This document shows, one piece after another, positions 49,558 to 60,925 of a DNA stretch of 64,000 nt (the stretch's first letter is position 1; every line of letters starts with the position of its first letter). The notes under the pieces were generated by a model. It made no database searches. It was not told the DNA's origin and saw only the letters and a program-made list of their open reading frames with translations. A program made the translations under genes and the position numbers. This DNA comes from an uncultured Desulfurococcales archaeon (GTDB taxonomy: Archaea > Thermoproteota > Thermoprotei_A > EX4484-217-1): assembly GCA_964406965.1 (NCBI GenBank), contig CAYOTT010000002.1:72712-136711 (forward strand), written 5' to 3'.

Positions 49558-50495
49558 TTTGGCCTCTCTCGTATTAGCCTTATAAACACATCTTCAAAGT
49601 TTAATCCTGATACTTGAAGTTCCTCTATATTGAGATCATATGTCTTAACAATATGCAGAATTTGGTCGAGAACTTCCCTTAGATCCTTTGACCTACATAC
49701 TATTACTAATCGTCTCCCCTGAACTACTGTTTCGTAAGAATTAAAATGTTTCTCAATGAGCTTAATATCTATCTCTCTATTAAAGCATAGTAAAATACGC
49801 GTATACTCTCCAAACTCTATCTTTAATTCCTCAGGAGTGCCCATTGCAATTATCTTGCCTTTATTCATTATGGCAACTCTATCGCAGAGCATACCTGCCT
49901 CGTCAATATTATGTGTGGTTAAAATAATCGTCTTTCCTTGTTTCTTTAATTTTAGGAGGAGGGATCTTATTATCCTAGCACTAATTACATCTAATCCTGA
50001 TGTCGGCTCATCTAAAAAGAGGATGTTTGGATCACTTATAAGAGCCATAGCCAGCAATAATCTCCTCTGCATACCTTTAGAAAGCGTCTTTACCTTACGA
50101 TTACGGACTTCATATATTCCAAGCATCTTTAGAAGATCTTTTGCACGCTTTGCTCTAACCTTTTTAGGAACACCGTATATTCCTCCAGTTAGCATGATGT
50201 TCTCCCAAAGAGTGAGATCTACATAGGGATTTGAGATCTCAGGGACAACGCCTATAAAGCTTCTAGCTTTAACTGGCTCCTTATGGACATTATATCCCAT
50301 AATATATGCCTCACCTCTATCCGGGGTTATTATGCCTATTATCATACGTATTGTCGTGGTCTTACCGGCACCATTAGGTCCCAAAAGACCATATATCTCC
50401 CCTTTCCTTACACTAAATGAGACACCATCAACTGCCCTTATATTACCGAACGTCTTCGTAAGATCACATGCTTTAACTACGTTTTCTAAAGGCAT
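49554..50495 (-). CDS. ABC transporter ATP-binding protein (ABC-2 exporter type)
   Basis: Walker A GPNGAGKTT, signature LSKGMQRR, Walker B ILFLDEPTSGLD, and H-loop. Confidence 0.8.
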   Translation of the reverse strand: MPLENVVKACDLTKTFGNIRAVDGVSFSVRKGEIYGLLGPNGAGKTTTIRMIIGIITPDRGEAYIMGYNVHKEPVKARSFIGVVPEISNPYVDLTLWENIMLTGGIYGVPKKVRAKRAKDLLKMLGIYEVRNRKVKTLSKGMQRRLLLAMALISDPNILFLDEPTSGLDVISARIIRSLLLKLKKQGKTIILTTHNIDEAGMLCDRVAIMNKGKIIAMGTPEELKIEFGEYTRILLCFNREIDIKLIEKHFNSYETVVQGRRLVIVCRSKDLREVLDQILHIVKTYDLNIEELQVSGLNFEDVFIRLIRERPK

Positions 50496-51788
50496 ACCAA
50501 TCTATGAATATTAAAAACTAAAGGAATATTTTAAGCATTATCACAAAATGGGAAATAAGGCATTATACTATTCCTGAATAACTTCTTTAACACTATACTC
50601 AGCTTGAGGAAATATTGCCACTAACTCTGGTTGTATTACTGGCGTCAATGCTACTGTAGCTCTAAATCAACTAGTAGCTATAATTGCGTGATACTTTAAT
50701 TCTTTATTATTGTCAAGAATCTTACCGACTAATGTTCGTCATATTTCATGTTCAAAATATGTTAAGGGAGAATAAAGAGTTACTGGAAGAGGCTGTATTC
50801 ATTCTAGATGAGATAGTACTTGCTTATCGGTGGAGCCCTGATAATACGCCGAATTCTTTAGCCTTAAGACTGCATGAAATATCAGAACAACTGCAAACCC
50901 ATTAAAGTAAGCATATTCACGTAGATGTTATCTTGATTTCCACTCATAGATCTACAAGCATCTAAGTCGCTTATGGAGTACAAAAATAATTATTACTTCA
51001 CTATACTTATGAAATGTTATTTACGTAATTATTACCATAAATTAGAAAAACATTACAGTACGAGCTTTGATTAAAGAATACATCTATAAAGTGTTTTTCT
51101 ATAAGCTCTAAATGGCTAAGACCTGGCATTAGTTTAAGCAAAATAATTTATCCTTATGTTATGGAAGCTTATACTCTCTCTTAATATGTGAAGCTCTTAT
51201 ACATGTGTCTTGAATTACAGGTACGATCTCAAATAATCTATGTATTGTACTTAATAATATTATAATATTAAATTATCACTTAATCAGAAATGTTTCAAGA
51301 ACTCTTTCATAGGCACTCTCTATGCAAGAACTTATTTAATTATTCTAATACTTTAAAAATTAGTCTCCTAAGCACATCTAATATGTCTCTTCAGCTAGGT
51401 ATAATTTCTCTTTCTTTACCTCTCCTGCACTCACCCATACTCTCCAGAATGTACAAGAGACCTCCAGTGAAAACATGGCTTCTATGACTTACTTCGTTTA
51501 ATCCTTGTACATGTAGGGTTCGTACTAGGAACTGGTCTCTCTTTATAGGTGGTTGAATCTCCTGCTAAAAGTTTCCACAGTAATTTTCTCGTCTCTCTTA
51601 AGGAAACTGGTTTTCAAAGAAACTAAGCTCAATTTATAATCCCTTATGAGGCGAGAGGCGTTACTGGAAATAATGAGGTATTATCAAGTATGCGATAAAC
51701 ACAGAAATACTAAAATAATACTAAAATCTCATGTATTGATGGCGGATCTGCTAAGCACTTTCATGAAAAGCAATAGGGTGAGATAAAC

Positions 51789-52124
51789 ATGGTATTTAAA
51801 GTATTGTTTCTTGCTCATGCCCCTGACGCGGAGGCAGAGAAGCATAAATGCATCATTGAAACACCTAAGTACTATAAGCTCTACGTAGTAGTGGTCAAAG
51901 ACCAGAAACAAGCAGTTGAAGTATGCAAGAAAATAGTCAAAAAGGAGGGCATACACTCAATAATTCTCTGCCCAGGGTTCACACATAGAAATGTTGCAGA
52001 AATATCAGAAGCAGTTGGTGAAAATATTGGTGTTTTCGTAGCCAGAGGAGACGGCCCTAGTAACAGGGTTTCGATGAAAGTGATGAAAAGTGAAGGCTGG
52101 TTTTCAGAAGTGAGTAAAGAATAA
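51789..52124 (+). CDS. hypothetical small alpha/beta protein
   Basis: 111-aa isolated ORF in a gene-poor region. No motif recognised. Confidence 0.35.
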   Translation: MVFKVLFLAHAPDAEAEKHKCIIETPKYYKLYVVVVKDQKQAVEVCKKIVKKEGIHSIILCPGFTHRNVAEISEAVGENIGVFVARGDGPSNRVSMKVMKSEGWFSEVSKE

Positions 52125-52920
52125 GAATTATCTACTCCTTTACTTGCTTCAAAGACTAGATGAAGAATTTAAAGTTAAGCTTAAACATTCTACGGTACCT
52201 CACATCTTACTCATTAATGCTCTCCCGAACTACCCTATCAAGCAGCATTCCATATACACGCTGGATGTTAGGTGAAGTAACAATAGCGAAGTGCATGTAC
52301 CTTATAGTGACATAGTCCTCTAGAACTATTACTTACTTGGATGGTGCCCTTGACCATTAAGGGCTATCCCTAGGAGGTGAGGCTGGGTCGGGGTCTGTAC
52401 ATTATCATAAACTCCATTTTAATTGGCAGTCTTGATTTAACATCCTTAAATATTCTATCATGATATTCGACCTGAATCCTCGTATACGCTGGTAGTTTAT
52501 CAGCTATACTTAGACAGACATTACAAGAGGGGTTTACCTCTAGACACTATACCACATGTAAAGAAGACATTAACAATCTACAGTTTCAATTTTTCCAAGA
52601 GAGAGTAACTCCACAAACACGTTACCTCAAGTTAACATGGGATAGAATGGTGGCTGAACACATAGCTTACCGAATTCTAGCTACCTCTTGTAAACTAAGC
52701 TTATTACTTTTGAAGTGGTGTTGTAATCTGTAGGTTAATGCCCTTTGAGAAAAATTTTCATTAATTTGTGAAAGATATGTTGGTTCTCTTTATCTTTCAA
52801 AACTACATCAACACTACCACAGTTATATAGTAGTGGCCCTTAATTGTTGTAGTGTTTAAGTTATTCAGCATATAAAGGTTATCTCCAAATAAAACGTCGA
52901 ACAGTCAAGTTTTAAAAGTC

Positions 52921-53487
52921 TTAGAAGCCCCTATAATGTACAGTAACCGGACAGCCTAGGCATTTCTGAATTTTATACTTCGAGCATTTGACACATACTC
53001 GTCCACAGGGGGCAATTTTTCTTTTTCCTTTAGATGGAAAATCTAAAGGTAAATATTTAGGCTTTATAATGCCAGATAGTATGTAGACCTCTGTCCTCCT
53101 TACACCCTCCATGGTTCTAATTGAACATACACTACCAAGGCATTCTAGTACATCCTCATTTTCAGCATACATGAGCGCATTTAGATTGTATCCGCCAATC
53201 ATATTAGCTAGAAATATTATTCTAGGGCAATCCCTAAATTTCTCAATAATACGAATCATGTATTCTTCATTAATGATTTCCATAAAGACTAGTACTAACT
53301 TAAACCCTAAGGCTTGGGGATTAATATTGCCTCTAATACGTAACACTTTCATTTCTTCTAGTTTTTGAACGTGCTTCCTTACAGCTACATGGCTTATACC
53401 GAGTGTCCTAGCTAACTTAATCAGACTAACTTTCCCGTCATGTGAAAGTAGAGCTAGTATTTCTTTTCTCTCAACCTTCACTACCAT
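52921..53487 (-). CDS. Lrp/AsnC-family transcriptional regulator with C-terminal Cys-rich extension
   Basis: HTH ILALLSHDGKVSLIKLARTLGISHVAVRKHVQKLEE, then a RAM domain, then CGRVCVKCSKYKIQKCLGCP. Confidence 0.6.
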   Translation of the reverse strand: MVVKVERKEILALLSHDGKVSLIKLARTLGISHVAVRKHVQKLEEMKVLRIRGNINPQALGFKLVLVFMEIINEEYMIRIIEKFRDCPRIIFLANMIGGYNLNALMYAENEDVLECLGSVCSIRTMEGVRRTEVYILSGIIKPKYLPLDFPSKGKRKIAPCGRVCVKCSKYKIQKCLGCPVTVHYRGF

Positions 53488-54527
53488 ACATCACCTAATA
53501 CTATGTAGTAGCATAGGCCAGCTATAACCGCACCTACTACAGCCAGTACTGCATAGGATAACACAACTTTCCATCCAACAACTCTTGAAGCAGCAAACAT
53601 TGATGGAATACTAGTCATAGGTCCTCCTATAAGAAACGCTAGCGCTGCGGAAGGACTCATACCAAGATGTCTCAAGCCATCGACAAGTATGACTTCAACT
53701 AGTGTAGGCGTATACATTGGCACTCCTATTACAGCGCCCAACATAATGCCGGTAAATCCGCTTAGATATGAAGCTACGATTTTAGGGGGTAAATACGTCT
53801 CAACATAACTCACAATAGCGATGCCCAATAGGAGGTATGGTATAATTGCTCTAGCGAGAATGCATGTTGTCTGAAAACTTTGCCATAACTTGTCAAGCAA
53901 TGGCTCCTTATACTCGGTTACACCATAGCTTTTGCTGATTCTTGTTCTACACTTTTCTTCAACAGCTCTACCCCATGGCATCTTAGAAATTATAAAGCCT
54001 ACAGTCACTGCAATAATTATGGAGAAGAATAGTCTGGCAATAGCAATTTTCCATGAGATTATATCAGCCGTAAAGATAATTGCCATTATGTTCGCTGCAG
54101 GAGCTGTAAGAAGAAACGCTAAAGCTGGCCCAAGTCCAGCACCACCATACACTAATCCAGCAAATATGGGGATCATAACACATGAGCAAACGGTGAGTAA
54201 AGGGGCAGAGAGAGCAGCTAGAACGTAGGAACTTTTTCTCCTACTGCTAAGGTGGTTAAGGAGAACGTGTTTAGGCATAAGCTCACTAATAAAACCGGCA
54301 AGTATAAATGCGAAGAGTAATGCACCACCAGCTCTCACAAGATACGAGAATATGTATATAAAAGGTAGGAGAATTGGGCCATAACTTCTCATAACATCTA
54401 AACTAGGTAGTTTTACTAGAGTATAACCTGTAATCCTACAGTAAGCAAAGTAAGTAAATCCGAGAACAAAAAGGACTACAGGCGTAAGACCCTTTATAAC
54501 ACGAATAATATCGTTAGTGTTTGACAT
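53481..54527 (-). CDS. putative permease (DUF318-type, two-repeat membrane transporter)
   Basis: 348 aa, about 10 TM. Its operon position between a thioredoxin-like redox-active disulfide protein and a regulator is typical of this family. Confidence 0.5.
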   Translation of the reverse strand: MSNTNDIIRVIKGLTPVVLFVLGFTYFAYCRITGYTLVKLPSLDVMRSYGPILLPFIYIFSYLVRAGGALLFAFILAGFISELMPKHVLLNHLSSRRKSSYVLAALSAPLLTVCSCVMIPIFAGLVYGGAGLGPALAFLLTAPAANIMAIIFTADIISWKIAIARLFFSIIIAVTVGFIISKMPWGRAVEEKCRTRISKSYGVTEYKEPLLDKLWQSFQTTCILARAIIPYLLLGIAIVSYVETYLPPKIVASYLSGFTGIMLGAVIGVPMYTPTLVEVILVDGLRHLGMSPSAALAFLIGGPMTSIPSMFAASRVVGWKVVLSYAVLAVVGAVIAGLCYYIVLGDVW

Positions 54528-54529
54528 AC

Positions 54530-54805
54530 TTAATCTAGAACCTCCTTAAGAACCTCCATAGCCTTCTTCTTGCTGCCCAATACTTTACCTAAAATCTTAA
54601 CCTCACCGTTTACAGCAACTGCTGGTGTAATCACTATACCATACTTAGAGATAATGCCAGGTGACATGGCGTCAACTTTTACAACTTCAACTCTATCTTC
54701 GACACCAAGCTCCTTTACAGCTTCAACAAGAACCTCATAGGTTTTCTTGCATTTAGGGCATGGGGGTTCTGGACCTAAAACCTCGACAACCACTTTTTTA
54801 GCCAT
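54530..54805 (-). CDS. thioredoxin-family redox-active disulfide protein (redox_disulf_2 type)
   Basis: 91 aa with a CPKC active site near the N-terminus (GPEPPCPKCKKT). Confidence 0.65.
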   Translation of the reverse strand: MAKKVVVEVLGPEPPCPKCKKTYEVLVEAVKELGVEDRVEVVKVDAMSPGIISKYGIVITPAVAVNGEVKILGKVLGSKKKAMEVLKEVLD

Positions 54806-55399
54806 AAAGTAACACCTTTAGTTAACATATTGTAACTAAGTTATAAACTTTAAGTTACAATTTGAAACCAGTGTAATGAGAGCCCACATTAATCAGTCTA
54901 GTTCATCATGGTTAATGATGTTAAAAGGGGAATGTAGCATTAAGTACAGTATAACATCTATGTACCTTTATTACATGGTTACCATAATGAAATACTAGGA
55001 TTAATTTGAGTATTTGGAAATCGGTGCTTCCCAACGCTCTAACGTATATGCCTATCATTATTCTCTAACCAATAAGCTTCATAATCTCTTTTTCTTTTAG
55101 CCTTGAATTATACTCTTACCCTTACCTTCAAGGTATTTTAAGTACTTACTAACCCTATACAATGCTATGTATACTGAGTGTAGTAATTGATTTTCTGATA
55201 TTAGTTTGTCAGCAAACATCTTCGGTAGTAGCCAATGTTCTTCGCTAAGCACCTTCTTCTTACTCCCGGCACAACCCCTAATGGTCCCTAGCGTTACCAT
55301 AATACTAGTTCCTCAATAGAATTTTAGCTCTAAACTTTGCAGTATATAATGTAAAAATTTATAATCTCTATGTGGTATACTTTTACTTGACTACATAGG

Positions 55400-55636
55400 G
55401 TGTTTACTATGAGTGAAGTCTTTAGTGTGAGGATACCTAAGAAACTTAGGAAGTTAATGGATGAATGTAAAGGTGTTGATTGGGCTGAGGAAGTTAGAGC
55501 ATTCATTAATAGGAGGGTTAGAGAGCTATTGATGGAGAAGTATCTTAGAGTTGCTAGGGAAGCACGTAAGCAGCTAGATAAAGTATCGGTACCTGTTAAC
55601 GAGTTAATTCGTGAGGATAGAGAACGTGAACACTAA
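55400..55636 (+). CDS. vapB: VapB-like antitoxin
   Basis: 78 aa. It overlaps the downstream PIN gene. It has an N-terminal beta-strand DNA-binding-like motif (FSVRIPKKLRKLMD). Confidence 0.5.
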   Translation: MFTMSEVFSVRIPKKLRKLMDECKGVDWAEEVRAFINRRVRELLMEKYLRVAREARKQLDKVSVPVNELIREDREREH

Positions 55637-56066
55637 GATCATTATTGTTGATAGTTCTGTTCTCTTTGCACTATTCTTTCCTGAAGAATATAGTGAGTGG
55701 TCTGAAGAGATAATTAAAAAATATGATGAACTTCATGTACCAGAGTTAGTATTTTTAGAGACTAGTAGTGCGGCTTGGAAGAGGATAATAATATTTAAAC
55801 AGCCAAGTGATATTGTATTAAAGAATCTTAGATTACTACATAAGTTCATAAGCGATACATGTGTAATTCATAGAGACATAGATTATCTTCAAAGAACAAT
55901 AGAACTCTCCATAAAACTCAGAACAACCATTTATGACTCATTATTCCTAGCTATAGCAGAAAAATACAAAACAAAAGTATTAACTGTTGATAAGAAGCTT
56001 GTGGAAACTCTGAAGCATAGAAAGGAGGAACATAGAGTAGTAAGCCCATGGAGCACTAGTAGGTGA
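55611..56066 (+). CDS. vapC: PIN-domain toxin VapC
   Basis: IIIVDSSVLFALFF N-terminal motif and a distal acidic-residue motif (DSLFLAIAEKY...VLTVDKKL). Confidence 0.7.
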   Translation: MRIENVNTKIIIVDSSVLFALFFPEEYSEWSEEIIKKYDELHVPELVFLETSSAAWKRIIIFKQPSDIVLKNLRLLHKFISDTCVIHRDIDYLQRTIELSIKLRTTIYDSLFLAIAEKYKTKVLTVDKKLVETLKHRKEEHRVVSPWSTSR

Positions 56067-56286
56067 TAATTTCACTGAGTGTCCCAGTATATTGAATCCT
56101 TTCTCACTATGAGGATTCTAATGTCTTGAGTGCTAATGCCTCCTCGATGAGAAGAGTTCTTCTTAAGGTGCTTGCTCCGTTTAAATACACATGCGGACCC
56201 GTTTTCCAAGGAGGAAAAGATAGAATTAGTTAATAATATGTAATGAATTCGAGTTTGAAAGAAAAAATATAGTGAAGTTTATATTT

Positions 56287-57168
56287 TTACTCTGTTTCTC
56301 CTATAAATCTCTTAGCGACTTTAAGCATGTCTGTTGTTAATTCTAAGGGTAGAACTATTTTGGTTGATGCTGATTCTCCTACTTTTCCAAGTGTATCGAG
56401 ATATTGTATATACAGGGTGTTAGAGCTTACCTTTGAAGCTATTTCATCTATTTTCTCGATGGCCATAGCGTATCCTTCTGCTCTACGCAAACGAGCTATT
56501 CTCTCTCCTTCAGCTTCTCTAATTAGTGCTTCTTTGCGTCCTTCAGCCTGCAATATAACGGCTTGCTTTTTACCGCTTGCCTCTAATATCATAGCTCTTT
56601 TAGTTCTCTCAGCAGCCATTTGTTTAACCATAGCTTCTTGAACATCGCTTGGCGGTCTTATTTCTTTAATTTCTACTGCAGTTACTTTAATTCCCCATCT
56701 ATCCGTAATATCATCTAATTTGGTTCTTAAGGTATTATTGATTTCATCTCTTTTAGCAAGAACATCGTCAAGCGTCATACCGCCTATTACGGCTCTAAGA
56801 GTTGTTATGGTTATACCTATTGATGCATTAACGAAATTCTTAACGGCAGTAACTGATTTTATTGGATCAAATACCTTGAGATATACGAATAAGTCTATAT
56901 CTACAGGTGCATTATCCTTTGTGAAGCATGTTTGTGGAGGAATATCTAACATAAACTCTCGGAGGTCAACCATTTTTGCAGTATCTATGAAAGGTATGAG
57001 TAACACTAATCCGGGGCCTTTAGCCCCTACAAGTCTACCAAGCCTAAAGACTACAAGTCTCATGTATTCTCGAACTATCCTTATAGCTCTAGAGACGACC
57101 GTAATAATAGCTAAGAACACTAGTAATGTAAAAACCATAGTTACTATATCCAATAATTCATACACCAC
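56287..57168 (-). CDS. SPFH/band-7 (stomatin-like) protein
   Basis: N-terminal TM, an SPFH core (PPQTCFTKDNAPVDIDLFVYLKVFDP), and a C-terminal coiled coil. Confidence 0.8.
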   Translation of the reverse strand: MVYELLDIVTMVFTLLVFLAIITVVSRAIRIVREYMRLVVFRLGRLVGAKGPGLVLLIPFIDTAKMVDLREFMLDIPPQTCFTKDNAPVDIDLFVYLKVFDPIKSVTAVKNFVNASIGITITTLRAVIGGMTLDDVLAKRDEINNTLRTKLDDITDRWGIKVTAVEIKEIRPPSDVQEAMVKQMAAERTKRAMILEASGKKQAVILQAEGRKEALIREAEGERIARLRRAEGYAMAIEKIDEIASKVSSNTLYIQYLDTLGKVGESASTKIVLPLELTTDMLKVAKRFIGETE

Positions 57169-57219
57169 ATTTCAATATTAGGGACTCTATGTTAATTCTC
57201 ATATATAAAGACCATGATA

Positions 57220-58476
57220 TTAGTCTACAGCCTTCCTCACATAGAGCTTAAGGCCCTTTACCTTAGTAACAATAATCTTCTCACCAGGCGCTATCTTACC
57301 CTCTACTGAAAAGGCTGTCCAATCCTCCTTATTAACATAGACTATTCCAGGCTGCTTAGGGTTAATGGCTGTTTTAGCTATTCCCACCTGTCCCATAAGT
57401 TTCTCTTCATACTTAGGATACTTTCTCCTCATCACAGTTGCTGCCTTAAAGAACACTGTTACCATAAGTCCGGCAAAACCAACTAAACCTATTAAGAAGG
57501 CCATGTGAATTGAGGTCACCACTTTGTAAGGTTGTCTATAGAATAACATGAAGATACCTATTGCTGTAACAATTACGCCGCTTACTCCAAAAACCCCAAA
57601 GCCAGGTATGTATATTTCAATAACTAATAATGTAAGTCCTGCGATTAATAGTATCGTTATTAAGAGATCAGGTGCTATCACAGCCATACCGTAAAGGCTT
57701 AGCATGATTAATAGTATTCCTGCTATTACGTATCCTTGAAAACCGGTTATCATTATTTCAGCGAAAATAAGCATTGTCCCTACGGCAAGCATTATAGGTG
57801 CTATCAGAGGACTCGATATTAACGATACTATTTGCTCCCAATAGCTAGGTGTTACCTCTTCAACTAGGTATAAGTTATTTTCATCTAAAATTCTGGAAAG
57901 AGTATTAGCTTGATGAGCAAAACCCGCTTTATAGGCTTCCTCGGCAGTTAATACAAGGTTTTCTGTAACAAACTTCTCCGCCATTTCAACAAGTGTCTTA
58001 TTCTTATGGAACTGTCTCTCTGCTAGAGATCTAAACCTAGAAGCCACATAGTTAACTACCTTCTCATCTGCAGGATAAGGCATAGCCGCTCCAATGCTAG
58101 CACCCTCTCCCATGTATATCTTGTTACAAGCTAGAGCTATGAGAGAAGCAGCTGAAACAGCCTTACCTCCAGGAGGAATCCAAGCATAGCATGTAACATT
58201 AGATTCAATGATTCTCTCAACTATGATATCAGTGGCCCCTAAATAACCCCCATAACTATTAATTTTCAAGACCAATGCTTTAGCATCAATTTGTTCTGCA
58301 ATACGCAAAGCCCTAGCTATTAACTCTACAGCTCCACCGCTTACCTCGATGTCAAGATCGATAAGTACTGTAAGGGTGCCTGTAGTTTCTTGGGAATATG
58401 ATATTGCCTCCGGTAAAGAGAGTATTACTACTAATATTAGAATCAAGTATCCAATAGCTTTCAATATGGAAGACAA
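57220..58476 (-). CDS. NfeD-family membrane-bound ClpP-class serine protease (stomatin operon partner protein)
   Basis: N-terminal signal, a ClpP-like domain (INSYGGYLGATD), a multi-TM region, and a C-terminal OB/NfeD beta-barrel. It sits directly upstream of the stomatin gene. Confidence 0.7.
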   Translation of the reverse strand: MSSILKAIGYLILILVVILSLPEAISYSQETTGTLTVLIDLDIEVSGGAVELIARALRIAEQIDAKALVLKINSYGGYLGATDIIVERIIESNVTCYAWIPPGGKAVSAASLIALACNKIYMGEGASIGAAMPYPADEKVVNYVASRFRSLAERQFHKNKTLVEMAEKFVTENLVLTAEEAYKAGFAHQANTLSRILDENNLYLVEEVTPSYWEQIVSLISSPLIAPIMLAVGTMLIFAEIMITGFQGYVIAGILLIMLSLYGMAVIAPDLLITILLIAGLTLLVIEIYIPGFGVFGVSGVIVTAIGIFMLFYRQPYKVVTSIHMAFLIGLVGFAGLMVTVFFKAATVMRRKYPKYEEKLMGQVGIAKTAINPKQPGIVYVNKEDWTAFSVEGKIAPGEKIIVTKVKGLKLYVRKAVD

Positions 58477-59085
58477 GAATATATCACATCTTGGTCAAGT
58501 ATAGTGTAATATAGGTAAAAGAGTAGTAATATAGTCTTCGGTAAATATTTGCGCGTGAATTTTTAAGCAATAAATAACATTTCCTACCTCTAAAAACTAT
58601 GTTTTACTCAAACTATGTAATACTTTAATTAGGATGTGTAAAGAACGTTGCCATCACAATTCTAAAAGTCTCCCTCGGCTTATGTAGCTTGTTGCCTATT
58701 TTTATTAGACCTCCCTTTTCCAATATGCTGAATGTGATATCTAAGGTCTTTACTAAGTCTTCCTAAGGTATTAGGGTTAATTTTCCATTGACCTTTACTA
58801 CCATTCCTACGTGTTTATTATTGCATATAGAATAGGTCTTTTACTATGAGATGAAAATTAAACTATGTCTACGCTAAGAATGGCATTTTAATGTCGCACT
58901 TATATTTTAATAGGGTAACCCTAATGCTATGTTGTAGATTTTGTAGAAACGGATAGGTTCTTACAAAAGAATGATATATTGTTGTCTAGTAAATGTAGTG
59001 GAAGAACAATTTTTCAGAGAGTATTCAGAAACGTTTTAAATAATTTATGTGTTAATGAAGTTTAGGATTTCAGCGGGATGATATA

Positions 59086-59898
59086 ATGAACGTCGGGATA
59101 GGTTTAATTCAAATGGAATCTTCTGTGGGAGACAAAAAAGTAAACCTTGAAAAAGCGAAGTTGTTTATTAAAGAAGCTATAGATAATGGTGCTGACATCA
59201 TAGTGCTTCCAGAACTCTTCCTAGTCGGATATGCTCTTGAGAAAATAGGTGAATCACTGTCTTATCTTGCGGAAACAATCAACGGGCCGACGGTTAAAGA
59301 GTTATTGCATATATCAAAAAGAGAAGGAGTTGTTATTGTAGCACCTATTCCTGAAATAAGGGAAACTCCGGGAGTAGTCTATAATTCAGCAATTGTAATA
59401 GGCGACGACGGCAAAGTACTGGGTTCTTATGCGAAAACTCATCTCTGGGTTCTTGAGAAGAAATATTTCAGAGCTGGAAATAGTTATCCAGTTTTTAAAA
59501 CATCTTATGGTACAATAGGCGTTATGATATGTTATGATGCAGGTTTTCCAGAAGTAGCTAGAATACTTACTTTAAAAGGTGCCGAAATAATTTTAATGCC
59601 CTCAGCATGGAGAATACAAGACTTTGACCTCTGGGATGTAAATACGAGAGCTAGAGCATTAGAAAACTTAGTGTATCTAGCTGCAGTTAACATGGTTGGA
59701 GAAAGAAACGGGAAACCCTACTTCTTCGGAAATTCAAGAATAGTGAATCCTAGAGGACACATAGTTAAAGAGGGTAAGTTAAATAATGAAGAAATTATTG
59801 TACATAAACTGAACCTAAATGAACTAGTAGAATTTCGGAAACAACTATCATACCTAAGAGATAGACGGCCAGAAATATACCATTATATTTTAAAATAG
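59086..59898 (+). CDS. carbon-nitrogen hydrolase (nitrilase superfamily) protein
   Basis: Catalytic E (VLPELF), K (YAKTHLW), C (MICYD) triad context. Confidence 0.8.
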   Translation: MNVGIGLIQMESSVGDKKVNLEKAKLFIKEAIDNGADIIVLPELFLVGYALEKIGESLSYLAETINGPTVKELLHISKREGVVIVAPIPEIRETPGVVYNSAIVIGDDGKVLGSYAKTHLWVLEKKYFRAGNSYPVFKTSYGTIGVMICYDAGFPEVARILTLKGAEIILMPSAWRIQDFDLWDVNTRARALENLVYLAAVNMVGERNGKPYFFGNSRIVNPRGHIVKEGKLNNEEIIVHKLNLNELVEFRKQLSYLRDRRPEIYHYILK

Positions 59899-59980
59899 GT
59901 TTTTCACAAGTTCTCATAGTAAACCTAACTAGGCAATTTAAAGTCTCCTAAAAATAATTACATAATTAGGGGCCTATGTA

Positions 59981-60925
59981 ATGACTGCAATTAAACACGT
60001 TATAGAAATAGCAGATCTTCTTGAAAGACCTAATGTTAATGGTGAATATGTTAAAGAATTTTTTGATGCAAAAGGGTTCGAAGATGTTAAGGTAAATGTT
60101 GAACATGTTAAGGGTGTTAAAGGCGAAACGGACTTCATAAAAATAGTTATTCCGGGTGTAAAAGGAAAAATCGTTGGGGGTAACGCACCGACATTAGGGA
60201 TTATAGGTAGGCTTGGAGGAATTGGTGCAAGACCGCACTTAATAGGGTTAGTGTCTGATGCTGATGGAGCTATAGTTTCCCTTGCTGCAGCATATAAAAT
60301 TGCTGAGCTTCGAAAGCGAGGAGAAAGTATTGAAGGAGATGTCATTATAACAACTCACATATGCCCTAAAGCACCTGTAAGGCCATACAAGCCCGTTCCA
60401 ATGATGGATTCTCCTGTTAATATTTTTAAACTACTTAAGCGTGAAGTAGATCCCGCGATGGACGCTATTCTTTCAGTAGATGCTACAAAAGCTAACTGGA
60501 TAATAAAGCATGCTGGTTTTGCAATAACGCCGACAATTAAGGAAGGATGGATACTAAAAGTAAGCAATGACCTAATAAACGTATACATTAGAGTTACAGG
60601 TGAACCACCCGCCATAGTACCTATAACTATGCAGGATTTAACTCCTTACTCCACACCAATATACCATATAAATAGTATGGTGCAGCCATGGCTGTATACA
60701 TCTGCTCCCTTAGTTGGTGTAGCCATAACAACAAGAATGGCTGTACCTGGTTCAGCAACAGGAGCCACCAACATTTATTCTCTAGAACAAGCGACAAGAT
60801 TTATAGTTGAAGTAGCCAAGGACTTCGCTTCCGGCAAACTCGCATTTTATGATAAAGAAGAATGGGAAAGAATAATTGAGATTCATGGAAGTGTTAAAGA
60901 GATTTTAAGAAAAGGTGCGCCATAA
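59981..60925 (+). CDS. hypothetical protein (DUF1177-like, tentative)
   Basis: 314-aa soluble protein. Its resemblance to the DUF1177 family rests on memory only. Confidence 0.3.
   Translation: MTAIKHVIEIADLLERPNVNGEYVKEFFDAKGFEDVKVNVEHVKGVKGETDFIKIVIPGVKGKIVGGNAPTLGIIGRLGGIGARPHLIGLVSDADGAIVSLAAAYKIAELRKRGESIEGDVIITTHICPKAPVRPYKPVPMMDSPVNIFKLLKREVDPAMDAILSVDATKANWIIKHAGFAITPTIKEGWILKVSNDLINVYIRVTGEPPAIVPITMQDLTPYSTPIYHINSMVQPWLYTSAPLVGVAITTRMAVPGSATGATNIYSLEQATRFIVEVAKDFASGKLAFYDKEEWERIIEIHGSVKEILRKGAP

Noticed and set aside
52440-52510. Possible C/D-box sRNA (atgatat...ctga...tggtag...)
   Set aside because: The box C and D matches are imperfect, and no terminal stem or kink-turn arrangement could be verified by eye.
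59974-60615. Two minus-strand ORFs (123 and 86 aa) inside the 59981-60925 gene
   Set aside because: They are antisense to a longer ORF and have Pro/Ser-rich low-complexity translations.
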